DNA of 64,000 nucleotides from Octopus vulgaris (GCA_951406725.2 OX597816.1:82522001-82586000), one strand, 5' to 3'. Positions 1-13,277 are shown, numbered from the stretch's first letter. Numbers and translations: made by a program. The notes: a model not told the origin generated them from the letters alone.

Positions 1-179
1 TATAGTAGCCCTAAACCAAATACTGAGAGCTTGCTTAGATAATCAAGAGGTTGACAAATGAAGTGAAATGCAAATTGTTATATGCTGAAAACTTGCACAA
101 GGAACATTACATAGAAATCACATCAAAATATGAATAAGAGTTTTAGAATGGATCATCTTTGTCACAATTTGATTTCTCA

Positions 180-423
180 GAGGCATGTAAAAAGCACCAT
201 TCGAGCATGGCTGATGCCAGTGCTACCCGACTGGCTCCCGTACCAGCAGCAGTAAAAAGCATCCACTACCCTCTCAGAGTGGTTGGCTTTAGGAAGGGCA
301 TCCAACTGTAGAAATCTTGCCAGAACAGATTGGAGCCTGAGGCAACCTTCTGGCTTGCCAGTCCTCAGTAAAACCGTCCAACCCATGTCAGTATAGAAAG
401 CAGACATTAAAAGATGATGTCAT
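180..423 (+). mobile_element. RTE-linked 3' module (hairpin units + GGAAGGGCATCC block + tail), diverged
   Basis: Two GTAAAAAGCA(C/T)C motifs, then gagtggttggctttaggaagggcatcc...aacccatgtcagtatagaaagcagacattaaaagatgatg. Confidence 0.8.
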
Positions 424-1554
424 TTGAGAATAGTCTTTAGTTTTGCAAGTAAATGAAGTATTTATGAAAAAAAAAAAGTTAGAGCCCATAAAAATTATGG
501 GGTTTATTGAACATGGAATATAGAATAAATTATGCAAAAAGACTAAGAGTGTAATATAAGCTTATATGGAGTTGAACTGATGGTAGAAATAAGAACAATT
601 GAGAGAGAACAATTCTGAATGCATAAGTGTAAAGTGAACTATTAACCTAATTATTCTTTTGCTTAAATATCTTAATACATACTTATGTATATCTTAATAA
701 TTACAATTGTGACAATATTTTTTCAAGTACAGACTTATAAAACTATACTGGAAGGAAGATGGTTAATTTCACCTTATCATCAAGTTTGTTTAGTACAAGG
801 ACCTTGGGTGTGTATACATGTATAAGTGTGACACTCCTACAATATAAAACCAACAAGCAAAAAGTGGCATAGGCTTGTATGTGGGTAGAGAGGAATGTTC
901 TAATGTTTTGATTATTTAAAATTGTACTGAAATCCATAAAAATGTTAAGTGTTCTTCAGGAATCCAATTCGTATATATTGAACACTTCTTGTATGTGAGT
1001 GAACGAGGGTGCCTCTACATGGTTGCTCAAACTGATAAGAATAGTCATATTTTCTATTCTCACCCTACTGTTTTTAGCAAAAAAAATCCATGACACACTA
1101 TGCAGAGAAAAAAAATAGCTGGTTACAGCTGCAATGCCTTTCATCATGACCGTTTCGTTAAACACAGTAACAACTTCCTGTATTAAAATTATGAAGGTAA
1201 AAATAAATTTAGAGATGGGAAAAGAGACAAAACAAAAGGGGGGGATAAGATTATCAAAATCAACTTTTCCCTTTCGATCTCTTCAAATAACTATGGCGGT
1301 TTCAAATCTTGTTTCCAACTCAAATGAGGTGAATGTTTTTTTGTTGTTTTTTTCCTAGTTGCATCTAATTTGTAACTGCTATAATGCAAACATCATTATG
1401 ATCAGTTACTTTGTGGTGTAATTTGGTTATTCATATAAAAATACCTTAAACAGTTTTAAAAACTTAGAGTTGGATGATTCACTACTCTTCAAAGCACCAG
1501 ACGGAAAATAGTATTGCCTTACGTAGAAGAATCTACTCTGACCTACATTTGAAG

Positions 1555-1686
1555 TTTCGTCATTATTTTGAAAGAATCTAAACAACTATTTTATCTCAGC
1601 CTTTATTAAAGAAGTTTTTTTCTAAAACGGAATTTTAAAACTGAGATAAAATAGTTGCTAAGACTCGTCTATAAATAGTGACGAAA
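1555..1686. repeat. Inverted repeat / MITE-like foldback
   Basis: Arms 1555-1599 and 1641-1686, with perfect core caactattttatctcag / ctgagataaaatagttg. Confidence 0.75.
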
Positions 1687-2429
1687 TAGATCACACCTAA
1701 TAGTATATAAAAATCGAAACGACATACGGAAACGAAAATACAGAACTTCCACTCCCACCCCCAAAAAAGAAAGAAAGAAAAGAAACTGAATGAACATTCA
1801 AACATTGATTCGAAATAAAAACAAGGTTAGGGAAAAGCAAATCCCAACACACTTCCGAAAAAGAGACTGAAGGCCGATGGTCTTATTTATACACAAATAT
1901 CCTTTGTTCGTTCTACGTTCTTTAACAATATTGCTGGAGCTACGGAAAACTCGAAAAATACTAACTTTTAACAGATTTTTACCGTCGTTTGTTATAATAT
2001 ACTCGACATACACGAAAAAAAAATGTTAGACAATCAGAATATATAAGAAATTGCTTAATATATGAACAGATGTTAAGAATAGTCATACTTCTTAGAAAGA
2101 TTGCTGACTGATAAAACTAAAAACTATTACATAGTAGCACATCACGCTGATCTACCGCTACAGCCGATCTTTATTTCTCTGAATTTGCTGACTGTGTACT
2201 ATCTCCTAACTGAGGCATTTCTATGTCCCACCCAACTTTCCTATTGTTAAATCCCCACCCCTTAATTTACTGTTCTACAGAATCCTTCGGTGTTAGATAA
2301 TCTGGACAAAGCAAGAATACCGTTGCTCTATCATTTGTTGTTTTGATACAACTGTAATTAGATCGTTAGCTTTTATATCAGAAACACGTCTATACTAAGC
2401 AATGAAATAAACCAACGAGGAATTCTGTA

Positions 2430-2607
2430 TGTAATCGCCCGATTTACTAGAAATAGCAGCTAAATTTCCCTCGTATCAAACTCGATCGTTATACTGGATA
2501 AAGTGGTTCGGGATATTCACTGCCAGAAAAAAATACGAGCTGGGTGGGCATGACTAGAAGGCTTTTGATCATAAGTCTGCTTAATCGGAGCCTGGGCAAG
2601 CAACAAA
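2430..2607 (-). repeat. ~200-bp dispersed repeat carrying an ATTTGGCTGCTATTTCTAG-like motif
   Basis: ctagaaatagcagctaaatttccctc...ttttgatcataagtctgctt. Homologous diverged copies near 22265, 22835, 36990, 47460 and 50290. Confidence 0.65.
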
Positions 2608-4292
2608 GATTATACAAGATATTAAAACAAGAAGAATCGAGGAACACAAAGTAACATTCTAGGTTATTTATTACACAGGCTAATATTTATAACGTTAATA
2701 GAAAATGTCGTTCTAATGCAATCGTTATACACTCTTGGTGATTTGTATGGGAAAGATAATCCAACAGAAAATAAAAATAGTTGTTTTTAACACACCGAAT
2801 CAACCACAACCAAGTAGAACTATCGTCAAAGGTGTTTCAACAATAATATTTTCAGTTTATCGAGTATTCCTAAATACAATGTATCCATTTTCAAGATGAT
2901 AGGGTGTAATTTGAAGGAAACATCGCTGCCTTTTCGAGAAGATCGAGAAACACATATGTTAGTTTATAGCGTGAGGGGAAGTCCTTTTATGGGAGAGTAG
3001 GAAAGCTACTCGAAATGTTTATAAAGATAGTTCATCTCAAGACAAACACTAAGCGAGCACGAGCCGTCAGATTTATAGGAGGGTAAGCTTAGTTTGTAAT
3101 GAGTGTGTGTGCGTGTTATATAAACAAAATCCAACTACTTACTGGCCCACACGAAAAACAAAATATCGATCTGAGGAAAACTGATCAATTACAAGAGCTA
3201 TAAGCCTTACTAACCTGCGCTTTTTTAGTTCAATATCATCACCACAAATGACACGATTATATATTTAAAAAATGAATAATGGAAAAAAAGCTGTTTAATT
3301 TTAGTAGTCAAACTATGAGTGGTAATTAAAATAACCCCTAACAGTCTTATTTACGTTCAGTCTCTCCATCGAAGTACAGAATGCTTAAAAAATTATTATT
3401 CAAGTTTCCCAAATTTTTCAACTACAATTCTCAACTGTTGCGACATCCGCTCTCTTTATAACTAACTATTCCTTTTGTATGACGCACTGAATTCATAACT
3501 ATTCTACTATGATTAAAAATCAAACCCTAGTTGACACTTATTTCAGCGGCATAGCAGGATGAACGGCTTAGTCTATTCTAGGAAAGATTCAGACGAGACT
3601 AGGAATGTATTTAGTTCAAGGCAGTGACTTGTTTCAGTCATCAATTATCACCGATTTTTTTCTCAAAACACAACTGATGTACAAAAAGTCTTAAGACAGA
3701 AACCACATGAGCATAAAGATGAATGACACCAGTAGAATCCAACATCTTAACGAGCTAAATATCGACGTCATTGCTTAACCTGTTAAAAATATCAGCTAAT
3801 TTCACCCAAAATCATACCCTACCATACATAACTGAGAACTAGATTTACAAAAAAAAAGATAACAAGCTAACCTGGAGCTAAACAACAATACCTACAAAAA
3901 ATAGATGGAATTCACTCTGTTATGCCAACGAAATATTCAATTTTAATGTTGCTGCTGCTTACAGTAATGTACTTGCACCACTAAATGGGACCTACTTAAT
4001 CTAGGTGAACTGGGCTGTTAAGAAATGAGCGTCGTGGTCATGGCGCAGTAACAAAATATAAAACCAGCAACTCTTATGCTGGTTATCTGGCTATAAATTG
4101 ACTACCCTATCGATTATGTAAATTCTCCATACTGTATTCCAACAGAGATCATTCTTTTAAATCAGAGGTGAAGCTAGTCAACCATTAGGCTTTCTTATCC
4201 CATATAAAATCCAATCCTCTACGCAAATGCTGTTAATGCCTTTTAAAAATGCAGAACCATTACAACTTTTCATATTCCAAGGTTATCATAAC

Positions 4293-4407
4293 TTATTTCT
4301 CTTTACTTCCGGCGCTTCTTGTGTGTGGATAGAACAGTTCTACCTCTGCTTCGTTTCACCATCCACACATCACTGAAGGCTAAAACGACGGAAGTAAAGA
4401 GAAATAA
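4293..4407. repeat. Hairpin with perfect 19-bp terminal stem
   Basis: ttatttctctttacttccg (4293-4311) is the exact reverse complement of cggaagtaaagagaaataa (4389-4407). Inner arms tgtgtggat/atccacaca. Confidence 0.85.
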
Positions 4408-6598
4408 CTCCTGCTAAAAACCTTGTCAAAATACCATTGGATACGTAAAAGAAACACGTGCCCAATATTTCAGTTCCCCCGCCCCTCGTAAATCCATGGC
4501 GACACAATCGTTAAAAACAAACTAGTTTAATAGACCCAAGAGTAGATTTCTTATGAAAACGTGCTGTCTCGCATATATCTTTCTCAAGTGTAAGTGACAC
4601 AAGCTAAGTTTAATGGTTACATTCAAGAAATCGAAACCGAGTCAGAAATGCATTCCAAGTGTCTTAGAATGCGTATATAAAGAGAAGCATGTTAGTAAAA
4701 TTTTAATAAAGTATAACAGTACACCATAGAGTTGAGTGAACATGTAATTTACGATGTCTGCTTATATAGTCTTTCTTGTATGCTGGTTGGGGCACACCTA
4801 GATGTCACATTCAAGAATCAAAATTCTTATAATACAATTCATTAAATATTTGACAGATATAGATACGAAAATTGCTCAATTCTTATATTTATCGTTTTCG
4901 GGAACCATTTCGTTTCACATGCGTAAATTGTGGAGAGAGCATCAATGTCCCAAATACCCATAACACCTCCGCTAAAAAAAAACAGCATATTTATGTAAAG
5001 AGACAAATACCCGTATTGCACTACCGTCACTACATTTACCATACTCCTCTTGTGAGTGAGTTCCTCCCTCCACCAACTCAGCATCGTTATTATAGAATAC
5101 CTTAAACACGTGAACATTAGATCGTATTGGCCCTCCCCAATATATCCAAAGTTTTGGGGGGATTTTTGTGGGGGTTACATAAGAAATAGGTAAGATCCCG
5201 AGAGAACATCATAGTTTCTATTCTAGGTTGGAGTCAGTTTACTATACTATACATAAGCTACAAACGCTTTTGAGAAAAGACAGGGAAACCACACACAATC
5301 TGGGCTCCCCTCTTTTCATTATAAATTTGCAATTTTGTGGCCCATATAAATCAATGTAAGAACGATGCAACAAAGATGTCTCAGAATAGGACGGTAGTCA
5401 TTTGGTATCTAAAGTACGAGTTCCAATCCCACGGCAAGTTCACTTAAACGTTTATCCTGTCGGCATTGAATCGTTAAAATAAAAATATATACAGTGTAGA
5501 TTGAAGCGACAGTTATTTTTGCGCTTAGAAATTCTATTTTAAGAAAAAAGATTGCTTTTTGTCTGGTCAGACGGAAACTGCTATAATAAATTACTGACCA
5601 ATACAAGGAACACGGGTGAGACTGACAAATTTCAGATGGTAGACCAAACAGCTTGGTTATACTACGAATAATAAAACATCGTTCGCCGTCAGAGTTCCAT
5701 CAGCTACCAACACAACTCCACCACATACAAAAAATAATAATAACCTCTAACTAATGTTGCAAATATCCAAGAATCGCATACCAGCCATCCCACAAACATC
5801 TTTTAAATCCTGGAGTGAAAGAGATTATGAAAGAGTGAGGTAAGAGATTTGTTTAAGAGATAGAGAACAAATGTGTATCCATTATTATTAGTAGTAGTGG
5901 TATTATGGTGACAGTGGTGGTGGCCGAAACAGAGGAACGTAGGATATTGCCTTGCCTTGCTGTATCTTGTTGAATTCAAATTCCACTCGTCCGAGATCAA
6001 TAAAATAATATACCCGTAATTAATGTACTGGAATTCAAACGACTTTTACTCCCTTCTACGTCAATCTAGTAACAAACCTAATCGAAAGAAATCATTATCA
6101 TCATGGTTGATTAGCGAGTGAGTTGTGCGGGTGTGCATCGGGCACTGTAGTGTAACGGTAAGTTCTTGTCGACCTGGTTTCCATTACCAATTGAAAATGC
6201 TTCGTTTCACTTAGGTAGCTAATGCCCTTGAGAAACGAATGAACATCACTACCCACTATAGTCTCTTACGTGCCTATATCAGAAAGCCATTATAATTTCG
6301 TTTCAGCTATTTTCTCCCTCGCATTATCATCGCCCTGTTCACACACTCCAAAATACTCAACAGCTGCTCACCACCTCATGAACATTTTGTTACTGCACAC
6401 AAGCCAACGGAACGCTCTTTCACAATCGACTTGACAGCAAGCAACCTCTCCCTCACTGAATGTGCTTTCTCTAGTTAAATAGTATTTAAATAACACACAC
6501 ACAGCATATATTCTATAAATGCATATAAATATAGAGAATGAAAAGTAGGTCGTTGTATAAAGTTGTGTATGTATGTATATATATATATACATATATAT

Positions 6599-6644
<46 letters not shown>

Positions 6645-7482
6645 GCACACATGTCTGTATGTGTTCTTGCATAAACGGAGAAAAACGAAATGACATTTCG
6701 ATTTTAATCGAATAAATCAAATGGAACAGATATTAATAATTTAGGCTAATACGATATTTGTCGGCTCTAAAATTCAGGCACATACCTTCATATTCATCCA
6801 TTGATTTTCCTATACACACAGACATATACATATATATAGATATATATATATATATATATATATACGTTTTCTTCCTAGGTTAATAATATCTCTCTAGTTT
6901 TTAAAGATCAACACAAGAATAATGCGAATGTTTTACTTAAAATCGTTTACATGTGGTATGTGAACCCCATTGCCACAAATAATTGAGTTATTTCAAGAAA
7001 CTCCTATTTCAGGTTATTTAGTATTTATTGCCATGAACACATACACGCATGCACAATATATATAAATATATATATATTACTCATGTGTCTGTTCGTTACT
7101 AGCTTTTTTTTTTTTAGGTTACGTATTTCGTTTGAAGTAATAATTAGTCTCGATTCGGAATGTGTGTGTATGTATGTGTGTGTCTATATATATATATAGA
7201 TAGATAGATACATATATATATATATATATGAACAGATTCAAGATGTAGAAAAAGAAATGAGAAAGCGAATATAAATAACAGGCGGAATTACGATTGTGAA
7301 GAATGGAAGAGGAACAAAACAATATGGTAGAAAATAAGAAAACCTGAAGAACAAATTTTATATATGTGTATATATAAACATGGGGAAGGGGTAGAAGACA
7401 TACATACATACATATAAATATATATATTATAACATAACGCAATGATAAGCAGTGAGAAAATGTACATATAAGTAATACTTAC

Positions 7483-7624
7483 CCTTTAGATGAGGTAAAG
7501 CTTGCAGTTCGGGGGCATTCTTAGTTCTGTAATGCGACGATCCCTGAGATCGTTTCTGCCTTTTCGATTTGATGGTCGCTTTACTCGTGAATGGGTCGAC
7601 CATGTCCAGGACTTTTGAGGTCAT
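7483..7624 (-). CDS. PPP2R5: First coding exon of a protein phosphatase 2A regulatory subunit B56/B' (PPP2R5 alpha/epsilon-, widerborst-like)
   Basis: ATG in aaagccATGa context. Encodes MTSKVLDMVDPFTSKATIKSKRQKRSQGSSHYRTKNAPELQALPHLK, matching the B56 N-terminus (D.F..K..K...KRSQGSS.YR....EL..LP.LKD). Ends in a phase-1 donor AAG G|GTAAGT at 7482, where the conserved Asp is expected. Exact paralog not assignable. Confidence 0.93.
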
Positions 7625-7699
7625 GGCTTTAAACAATTTCTACGTGTTTATGATATTTTTTTTATCTATTATTTTTTTTTAATTACCAGAACACGTTAA

Positions 7700-8230
7700 G
7701 GTCCGACCGACCATAAGAAACTAAAAATTTCTCGGTTCTTACATAGGAGGGACCTTAGTAAACTTATAATAATAATAGCATGGCCTCCACCAAGAGGCCA
7801 GACACATCCTTAGGTAGGTTAATTGATTGGTAGGTAGATTGCAGGTATATTGGGAAGATGATATAAATGATTTATCCGAGTATGAAATAATTCGTAAGGC
7901 TCGACCCGCTTAATTTTTAAACTCACCTAGACGCTCCGTAGTATAGAACAATATAACGCATTAATATTTCCATCCGGCTTTTATAACATAATTCAGGAAT
8001 ATTCCAATGATAACAATAATTCGAAGAGGAGGCAAGTGTATAAGAAAGACAAAATGCTAAAAAAATTACGGACTTTTACGACAGGGAAGGGGGATTTTCG
8101 CCACGGGTTCGCAAAGCGTCCAGCTTTTCGTATCGTCCTTGAAACTCTCGCAAAAGATCGTTATCGAACGAGATCTGTGTCGAGACTTGCGACTGGTTAG
8201 ACCTAATTTGCTAACGCGTTATGTTACACA
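7700..8230 (-). promoter_or_regulatory. CpG-retaining promoter region of PPP2R5
   Basis: Visibly high CpG frequency in non-repetitive sequence just upstream of the start codon, versus CpG-depleted sequence beyond ~8.9 kb. Confidence 0.6.
7927..8200 (-). other. Putative non-coding 5'UTR exon of the PPP2R5 gene
   Basis: Consensus donor TAG|GTGAGT at 7926, ~300 bp upstream of the ATG in CpG-rich unique sequence. 5' boundary uncertain. Confidence 0.5.
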
Positions 8231-8279
8231 ATCTAAGATTATGGATGCTAATAAGCACTTGGATTCAGTTTTGAATATT

Positions 8280-8485
8280 AATGTATGTGTATATATGTGT
8301 GTGTGTATATATATAATACTAGCACATACACATATATAAAGATAGATACAGTGATATAATATAAAAATATATATATGTATATATACATACACACACACAC
8401 ATATATATATATAGAGATATACATATAAATATATATATGTATATATATATATATATATACACACACATATATATATACATATAAA

Positions 8486-8565
<80 letters not shown>
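8280..8565. repeat. Compound (TA)n/(CA)n microsatellite
   Basis: Direct inspection. Confidence 0.95.
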
Positions 8566-8891
8566 CTCTTTTACTTGTTTCAGTCATTTGACTGCGGCCA
8601 TGCTGGAGCACCGCCTTTAGTCGAGCAAATTGACCCCAGGACTTATTCTTTGTAAGCCCAGTACTTATCCTATCGGTCTCTTTTTGCCGAACCGCTAAGT
8701 GACGGGGACGTAAACGCATCAGCATCGGTTGTCAAGCAATGCTAGGGGGACAAACACAGACACACACACACACACACACACACATACATATACGACAGGC
8801 TTCTTTCAGTTTCCGCCTACCAAATCCACTCACAAGGCATTGGTTGGCCCGAGGCTATAGCAGAAGACACTTGCCCAAGATGCCACACAGT

Positions 8892-8895
<4 letters not shown>
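8565..8895 (-). mobile_element. tRNA-derived octopus-type SINE, 5'-truncated
   Basis: cttgtttcagtcatttgactgcggccatgctggagcaccgcc...ctaccaaatccactcacaagg...cacttgcccaag, with internal (CA)n. Near-identical to 59376-59817. Confidence 0.9.
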
Positions 8896-8926
<31 letters not shown>

Positions 8927-9869
8927 CTCGCACATATATATATAAAGATAGATAGATAGATATAGTGATATAATAGAAATGTGTGTGTGTGTGTAATATA
9001 GTTCTGTCAGTTCTGTCATGTGTGTAACATGTTTTTGTACATTACGCACATACATACATACATAGATATATATATGCATGTATGTACATATCTATGTGTA
9101 AGTGTGAATACACACACACACACACATATACAGACATATATATGTGTGTGTGTGTGTACCATAAAAAATTAGGAGGTATATGTATGCATGCATATGTGTC
9201 TCTGTGTGTATTGGTACCCTCCAGCTTCTCTTCCCCTCATTACTGCCCCCTAATCCTTTGCCTTATTTTCTGTCATTGTCCTTTCCCCACAGCATTCCCT
9301 TTCCTCTTTCTCCCTATCTAGCCTTCCCCTGTACAATCCACATGCATTCTTTCAATGACACTCTCCAGATTCCTAACCCCTCACACCTATTTCTCCCTTT
9401 AATGTCCCTCTTCTCTCATACTTGCATCCATACTCACCCTTATAATGCTGTGGAAGTGGCAGCGGGAAGAGTCCTGGACCCCACCCTACACAACCCACTT
9501 TAATACATTACTACTTTTTCCCTCCTTTTCTCACTCACCCTTGACATAATTCCTTTCTCTTACCTTTCTCCTGTCCATCCAATACTCCCTGCCCCAATAG
9601 TACCTACTTTGTTATTCATTCCACTACCACCATCTCACAACTACAAATCAGTTCTCATTATACTTTACCTTCTGCACCTTCTTTCTTTAATTCTTCCTAT
9701 GTAAGAGTTAATATGAACCCTTAGTCTTGTATTAGACCTCACTAGAGCTGGAACCACGAGACAAAGCACAGGCTAAGTTCTGTAAAACAGTTGGCATTAA
9801 GAAAGGCATTTAGCTGTATAAACTATGCCAAAGCAGACATTGGAGCTCAATGCAGTCCTCCAACTGCAT

Positions 9870-10095
9870 ATCATCATCATCATCATCATCGTTTAACGTC
9901 CGTTCTCCATACTAGCATGGGGTGGACGGTTTGACCGGGGATCTGGGAAGCCAGAAGGCTGCACCAGGCTCCAGTCTTATCTGGCAATGTTTCTACAGCT
10001 GGATGCCCTTCCTAACGCCAACCACTCCATGAGTGTAGTGGGTGCTTTTTACGTGCCACCTGCACAGGTGACAGGCAAGGCTGGCACCTGTGCAG
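9870..10095 (-). mobile_element. RTE-linked 3' module with (GAT)n tail
   Basis: catcatcatcgtttaacgtccg...ggatgcccttcctaacgccaaccactcc...ggtgctttttacgtgccac. Confidence 0.88.
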
Positions 10096-10719
10096 GTGTA
10101 TATATGTATGTGTGTGTGTCCTGAGTATGCCTTTAATTTGTGTCTGATAGTGGGACACTGGTATGGGAGACCAGGAATTTGAGGAGCGTGGAACCACCTC
10201 TTACTCACTATTGTTTCCAGGTCTACTCTAAATCAGAGTTGTAGCATCTACCAGGGTCCCGTGTGAACCACTGGGAGTGAAGGATCCCTAGTTCTTGTTA
10301 GAACTTCCTTCTGGCCATCTCAACCTCGACTGTACTACTGGTTTTATAGCATATTGTGTTGAAAAGTGGGTTCAGTGCTGTGCAACACTTTATCCACTCG
10401 AAACAAATTCACACAGAGAAACTTCTTGGACTACCAGAACATTTGCATGGGCTTCCTGAGTGTGGGAAATGGTCTTACTCAGTTGTGAGTTGACTTCCAC
10501 CATGTGTGTTGGGGTGGGGATTGTGTATGTGTGTGCATACGCACGTGCACATGCTTGTGCACATGTGCATGTTTACGTCGTAAGATTTTAGAAATTTTTA
10601 AGAGACATAAAGTAAATTATTTTTAACAGTGGAGCATGAAGTAGATAAAGCTATAAATAATGTGTTGAATATTGGGTTAAAAAGCCTTGGATATGTATGT
10701 ATGCATACTATTATGCAGT

Positions 10720-11310
10720 TTTATTTCAAGATTTCTTGCCAATAGAGAAAGGGCCAGTTTCTAACCTAGATCCAAGGTTCTCATTGGAATTTCTCTAACA
10801 TAAAAAGGGTATTTTTGCAAGTATCTGTGTATGTGTGCAATATTTGGAGTCAGTGCATGTGCAGATTTGTATGTCTTGTTTTATGTATTTTCATGCATAT
10901 AGTTGCATGTCTAGACATGCACATATATACTTAAATGTTAAACTTCTGGAAAGTTTTACAAATTTTTACAGTTCCAGTGATGGCTTGGATCTGTTGGCTT
11001 CAAATCAGCTTTCTCCTCTCTGGTTTCGCGAAGCCTAATTTCTCAAGATTGGTACTTAGGTTTTGCATTATATATTCCAGTGCCCCAATAATTACAGGGA
11101 TAAACCTGAACATGTAATCTGAGTAGAGTTACTCTAGATTTTTCAATAGTTTAACATAGGTATTTCCTTTTCATTGATCTTTAGCCTTATGTTAACATCT
11201 ACTGGATAGCTGATTTCCGCGACTGTACAGTTTCTCTTCTCTGTCCCAAAACACTATGTCAGGTCTATTATGTCTACATTTTATTGAGGTTTTCATTGGG
11301 ACATTCCATC
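10720..11310 (-). mobile_element. R4/Dong-like non-LTR retrotransposon 3' end (restriction-like endonuclease), degenerate
   Basis: Minus strand reads roughly RHNRPDIV..DREEKLY...EISYPVDVNIRLKINEKE....FIPVIIGALEY, a PD..E..P RLE motif. Related copies at 20660, 21430 and 63640. Confidence 0.75.
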
Positions 11311-11439
11311 AGTATTTCTTCTTATTATAAGTGGCTATGTCCTGAGGAAGGGACAATGCCCATGACCTTTGCAGGCTGTCCAAGTGCAACCAGTGAATTT
11401 TGATGAGGTTAAATCCATTTAAATTGTTGTAAGTCAACA

Positions 11440-12390
11440 TCTGCAAAATCTACAAGGAGTGAGATTCCATAGCACCAAAGATTTGGGAAGAAAGATTCAA
11501 CATATAGTTTGATGTAGAAACTGGGAGTGGGGAGTAAGACATAACAAGGATGAGGGGATAGAGAACTGAGCAAGTTGTTTTGCTCTGCCTCTTCAAACAC
11601 TTCTTAGAGACGGTACACAACCAGCTCAAAGAACAAAGAGCATTACAGTAACAATAGGAAAGACCAAGGGATGAGATAGCATGTTTGAGAACCAAAATCT
11701 GGAGCTTGTTTGTGAATGGTTTAATGCCAATCAGTTGAGTGGCTCTTTTGTAGACACAGTCCACAAAATGAGTATAGCAGCAACACCATCCCAGATGTAG
11801 GAGTAAAACTGAATTGTAAGCTTTTCTTAAGCTTAGTAGAATGTCAGCAATTTTTGTGGACTGAAATATTATCTGGCTCTTAACAGAAGTGCCCTTCTCT
11901 GTTAGGATGAAACTCAAGCTATGTTAGAGATCCTTGATGATAGGGATGCCCAATATTTGAAATGACCATAAGAGTTTGAGCTGAGAGCAACATATTCTTC
12001 CATAGGGTGGGTAATATGATAGTATCTTCTTAATATATGTAGAGCTTGTGTTTTGTTTTGTTTTTCTATTTTTTCTGTTGTTAATTGAGACATGATAGGC
12101 ATCACCCTGCTAGAAGATTCTCTTTTTGAGGTCTCCACTCATATCATCAATGTAGGTTTGGTGTGTGGATTTGAGGTTGGATGTAGATAATGCATATTTG
12201 ATAAAGGTAAAGGAGATAAAAAGTGTTAGGAGATCTACATAAGAGTGAGCATTGTTGGATGTAGCAAGCACGTCATTGACATATAAAAGGTAGAGAGAGG
12301 GAGACAAAATTGAATCCTGGGGCATGCCAGAGTTGATTCAGAGTGAGGGACAGAAATAATTCCATTAACATATGCCATGATATGTCAATC
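11440..12390 (-). mobile_element. L2/Jockey-clade LINE reverse transcriptase relic
   Basis: MPQDSILSPSLYLLYVND (GVPQGS.LSP.L...ND motif), then a degenerate C-terminus (..VYKRATQLI..SLGLSYCYCN). Frameshifted. Confidence 0.75.
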
Positions 12391-13244
12391 TGATTGAAAG
12401 CTACTGAACCATATATAGTGTATGTACTCACGCACACACACACATACACTCACATGCACACATATAGAGACATATATACATACATTATATATATATATAT
12501 ATATATGGCGCATGCCTCAATGGTTAGAGCATCAGTTTATCTTAATAATTTTGATGGGGCTCTACCCTGTACTGTTCTTTCACTCCTTTCGTTTTCTCTC
12601 TTTCTTCCTTTCTCTAATTCTTTTTTCTCCCCTTCTCCATTTTCTATCTGTCTCTCTCTCTCCTTCCCTCTTTCTCCTTTACTCTCTCTCATTGCTCATC
12701 CATGACCATCGTCCATCTTTCTTCTCCTCATGTGATCATCTTTCTTTTCCTCACGTAATCATCTTTCTTTTCTTTCAGTCTGTCTTACAGACCAGATGCA
12801 TTCTTATCTGTCTCCTCTTCTATCTTTTCTCTTATCAAAGACAATATTCCTCCAGCATTCGCTACCTTACCTGGTCTGGCCAAACAGCTCTCCATGTTTG
12901 TTTTCGTTTGGTTTGTTGTATGTCTCCACTGTCCTGTTTTTGTTACCAGCTTTGACCCTCCGCAAATCCCAAATTTTATTTTGGTTTCCAGGAGCAACTG
13001 CTTTTTGAAGCCTCATATTGTCGTTAATTGCTCAAAATGAGGAGTAGATGGACAGCCAATAACTGATGAAGGGTCGTTATTAATGTTACTTGTCTTGTTT
13101 TCCATTTGTTTCTCTCGTTGTTTGCATACCCAAGTTTGTCTTCGTATTTCATGTTGTTTACGTTTTGTGATGTCCTGTACCCATACATTCATATATATTC
13201 ATATGTATGTACGTATATGTATGTATATATTTTATTTATATTAT

Positions 13245-13277
<33 letters not shown>

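Noticed and set aside
743-1165. Two in-frame minus ORFs separated by a single TGA (selenoprotein/readthrough idea)
   Set aside because: No recognisable homology, composition typical of AT-rich non-coding DNA, no SECIS seen, and not B56 exon 2.
4872-5105. ORF with a CxxC motif
   Set aside because: Short, TTG start, antisense within the PPP2R5 intron, no splice or homology support.
7476-7484. ATACTTACC, like the U1 snRNA 5' end
   Set aside because: It is the reverse complement of the PPP2R5 splice donor; no U1 body follows.
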